A stretch of 64,000 nt of DNA, taken from Nitrosopumilus sp. (GTDB lineage: Archaea > Thermoproteota > Nitrososphaeria > Nitrososphaerales > Nitrosopumilaceae). Where the stretch lies: NCBI GenBank assembly GCA_965224195.1, contig OZ245040.1, positions 1,056,001 through 1,120,000 of the forward strand. Reading direction: 5' to 3'. Positions within the stretch are counted from its first letter, which is position 1. Every line of letters starts with the position of its first letter. Below the pieces are notes generated by a model. That model did not search any database. It was not told where the DNA came from and worked only from the letters and a program-made list of their open reading frames with translations. Below, in pieces: positions 61,789 to 64,000 of the stretch. The position numbers and the translations under genes are program-made.

Positions 61789-62418
61789 TTATCTACTTTC
61801 CATCTTTGCCTTCACTTTTTTTAACTTTGCGAATTCTTCTCTTTCTCTCTCTTCAAGAGTAGAGAGAATAAATCGAATATTTTCTTTGTATTGAGGAATA
61901 ATTACATTTTCAAGTGCATTTAGTAACTTTTGTGTCTTTTCTAATGCTTTTGCAAGACTAAAAATAGAATTTTCATATTCTGCTACTTTACAAATTTTTG
62001 GCATCAATTCTTTGATTTGTTTTGCTGCTCTATCAATTGAAGAATTTGTATCTGCAAATCCATAAGGCATTGATTTTGTATCTTTTTCAGTTACAGCAAG
62101 TGCAGGAATTTTTACATCAACAACTCTTCTAACATGAACTTCTACTTCCATAACAGGAGGAGTAGATTCTGCAACAGAGTCGACAGTATTAGTGCCAAGT
62201 GCTAGATATGCTTCGTTAACTGATTTGTAAATATCTTGTAAAGGATCCCAAATTCCACCTCTTGCTTTAGATGCTTCCTGGATCATTTCTTCAATATTTT
62301 TTAAGAGAACTTTACGTTTATCATCTAAAATTTGTTGAACCATAACAGCGATTTGTGTTGATTTTTTATATTTGAAAAGTTCAATCTTTGTTGCTGCAAC
62401 GTTTTGTCCAAATGACAT
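61789..62418 (-). CDS. atpD: A-type ATP synthase subunit D
   Basis: NALENVIIP, LEEREREEF. Confidence 0.93.
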   Translation of the reverse strand: MSFGQNVAATKIELFKYKKSTQIAVMVQQILDDKRKVLLKNIEEMIQEASKARGGIWDPLQDIYKSVNEAYLALGTNTVDSVAESTPPVMEVEVHVRRVVDVKIPALAVTEKDTKSMPYGFADTNSSIDRAAKQIKELMPKICKVAEYENSIFSLAKALEKTQKLLNALENVIIPQYKENIRFILSTLEEREREEFAKLKKVKAKMESR

Positions 62419-62422
62419 TCAG

Positions 62423-63808
62423 TTACTCTTCCTTGTAATATTTTTCTACGTGCTTGTCTTTGATTTTAGTAATCTCATTCTTTGGTAATTTTGATATAAT
62501 CTTCCACATAAGAGCAAGTGTTTCTTCAATTGTTCTGTTCTCATCAGTTGCTTGTGTAAGAAATTCTTTTTCAAAAGTATCACCAACATCCATGTATTTG
62601 AGGTCAATTTCAGTAAGTCCTGCTTTACCTACAATACCTGCAAGTGCTCTTACTTCTTGTGCCCTAGAATATGCATCATAAACTTGGTTAGAAACTTCAC
62701 TGTGATCTTCTCTAGTACTTCCTTCACCAATTCCGTCTTTCATTAGTCTACTAAGACTAGACAAAATATTGATTGGTGGATAAACTCCTTGTCTGAACAA
62801 ATCTCTACCAACTACCATTTGTCCCTCAGTAATGTATCCAGTAAGGTCAGGAATTGGGTGAGTAATATCATCAGATGGCATTGATAAAATTGGAACTTGT
62901 GTAACACTTCCTTTTCTTCCATTAAGTTTTCCTGCTCTTTCATAAAGTGTTGAAAGATCAGTGTAAAGATAACCAGGATATCCCTTTCTTCCAGGAACTT
63001 CTTCTCTTGCTGCACTAATCTCTCTTAGTGCCTCTGCATAGTTTGTCATATCAGTAATTACAACTAGAACGTGCATTCCTAAATCAAATGCCAAATATTC
63101 TGCTACAGTTAATGCTACACGAGGTGTGATGATTCTTTCGATTGCAGGATCATCTGCTGTATTTAGAAATAGAACACTTCTTTTGAGTGCACCAGATTCT
63201 TCAAGACTTCTTCTGAAATATTCTGCTTCACTGTATTGCACACCGATTGCTGCAAATACTACAGCAAAGTCATCTTGTTTTCCAACAACACTTGCTTGTC
63301 TTGCAATTTGTGCTGCCAAAAGATTGTGAGACATACCAGAACCAGAAAAGATTGGAAGTTTTTGTCCTCTAACTAGAGTCATCAATCCATCAATTACAGA
63401 TACACCGGTTTGAATGAAATCTTTTGGATATTCACGTTGTTCTGGATTCATTGGTTCTCCGTTAATATCTACAAATTTATCAGCAATTGGATCTGGGAGT
63501 CCATCTTTTGGTCTTCCTAATCCATCAAATACTCTACCAAGTACCTCTTTTGATACGGGCATTTCCATAACTTTACCTACAAATTTTGCTTTAGTTCCAG
63601 AGATTGATAATCCAGTTGTTCCTTCAAAGACTTGTACAACTGCTTTACCATTTCCTACTTCGAGAACTTTACCTAATCTTCTTTCTCCTTCAATAGTTTC
63701 AATTTCAACTAGTTCATCAAATGCTGCACTTTCAACATCATCTACAACAACCAGAGGACCTTTGATTTCTGCAATCTTACTGTATTGAACTCCTCCTTCT
63801 GCTGTCAA
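62423..63808 (-). CDS. atpB: A-type ATP synthase subunit B
   Basis: [41 protein letters not shown]. Confidence 0.96.
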   Translation of the reverse strand: MTAEGGVQYSKIAEIKGPLVVVDDVESAAFDELVEIETIEGERRLGKVLEVGNGKAVVQVFEGTTGLSISGTKAKFVGKVMEMPVSKEVLGRVFDGLGRPKDGLPDPIADKFVDINGEPMNPEQREYPKDFIQTGVSVIDGLMTLVRGQKLPIFSGSGMSHNLLAAQIARQASVVGKQDDFAVVFAAIGVQYSEAEYFRRSLEESGALKRSVLFLNTADDPAIERIITPRVALTVAEYLAFDLGMHVLVVITDMTNYAEALREISAAREEVPGRKGYPGYLYTDLSTLYERAGKLNGRKGSVTQVPILSMPSDDITHPIPDLTGYITEGQMVVGRDLFRQGVYPPINILSSLSRLMKDGIGEGSTREDHSEVSNQVYDAYSRAQEVRALAGIVGKAGLTEIDLKYMDVGDTFEKEFLTQATDENRTIEETLALMWKIISKLPKNEITKIKDKHVEKYYKEE

Positions 63809-64000
63809 TTTGATACCTTCACTCCTGAAATTGCTTTGAATTGTTCTTGCATATCTTTATCTAATTGATCAAGTTTTGGCATCTCATCATCTTTGACATC
63901 CATTCTTGCTTTGAGTAAACTGGTTATTACAGATAATTCACGTATGTCAGATAGTGCTGCACCTTCTTTGAGTGCTTGTTGTCCTTTTTTGTAAAAGTCA
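63805..64000 (-). CDS. atpA: A-type ATP synthase subunit A, C-terminal end (partial)
   Basis: Open frame to the window edge ending at a TGA that overlaps the atpB start; operon position. Confidence 0.8.
   Translation of the reverse strand, partial: DFYKKGQQALKEGAALSDIRELSVITSLLKARMDVKDDEMPKLDQLDKDMQEQFKAISGVKVSN

Overview
AT-rich archaeal DNA whose gene content (A-type ATPase, proteasome beta, PEFG-CTERM protein, cofE, thi4, pyrBI, collagen-like and PKRKAA-repeat proteins) points to a Nitrosopumilus-like thaumarchaeote. The many decayed IS elements and a beta-propeller/FN3 surface protein suggest a host-associated lineage (inference). Two core blocks (about 4.6-33.9 kb and 57.7-64 kb) flank a ~24 kb accessory island (about 33.9-57.7 kb). 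The main feature is a Type I restriction-modification locus arranged like a shufflon. It has a complete hsdS (+), a C-terminally truncated hsdS (-) and a third TRD fragment, linked by a perfect 167-bp inverted repeat and by 42-bp repeats with a dyad core. Beside it lie an intact tyrosine recombinase-HicA-HicB cassette and a decayed copy of that cassette on the other side. Also notable: a 37/36/37/36/37-bp A-B-X-B-A insertion with CRISPR-like geometry inside a Schlafen/AlbA_2 gene, a structured RNA candidate behind a DUF3800 gene, an Orc1/Cdc6 gene with an ORB-like box, slippage-prone tracts at two surface-protein genes, an IS with perfect 84-bp inverted ends and a 72 x 12-bp perfect tandem repeat. 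All calls come from reading the sequence and recognising motifs; no database search was run.
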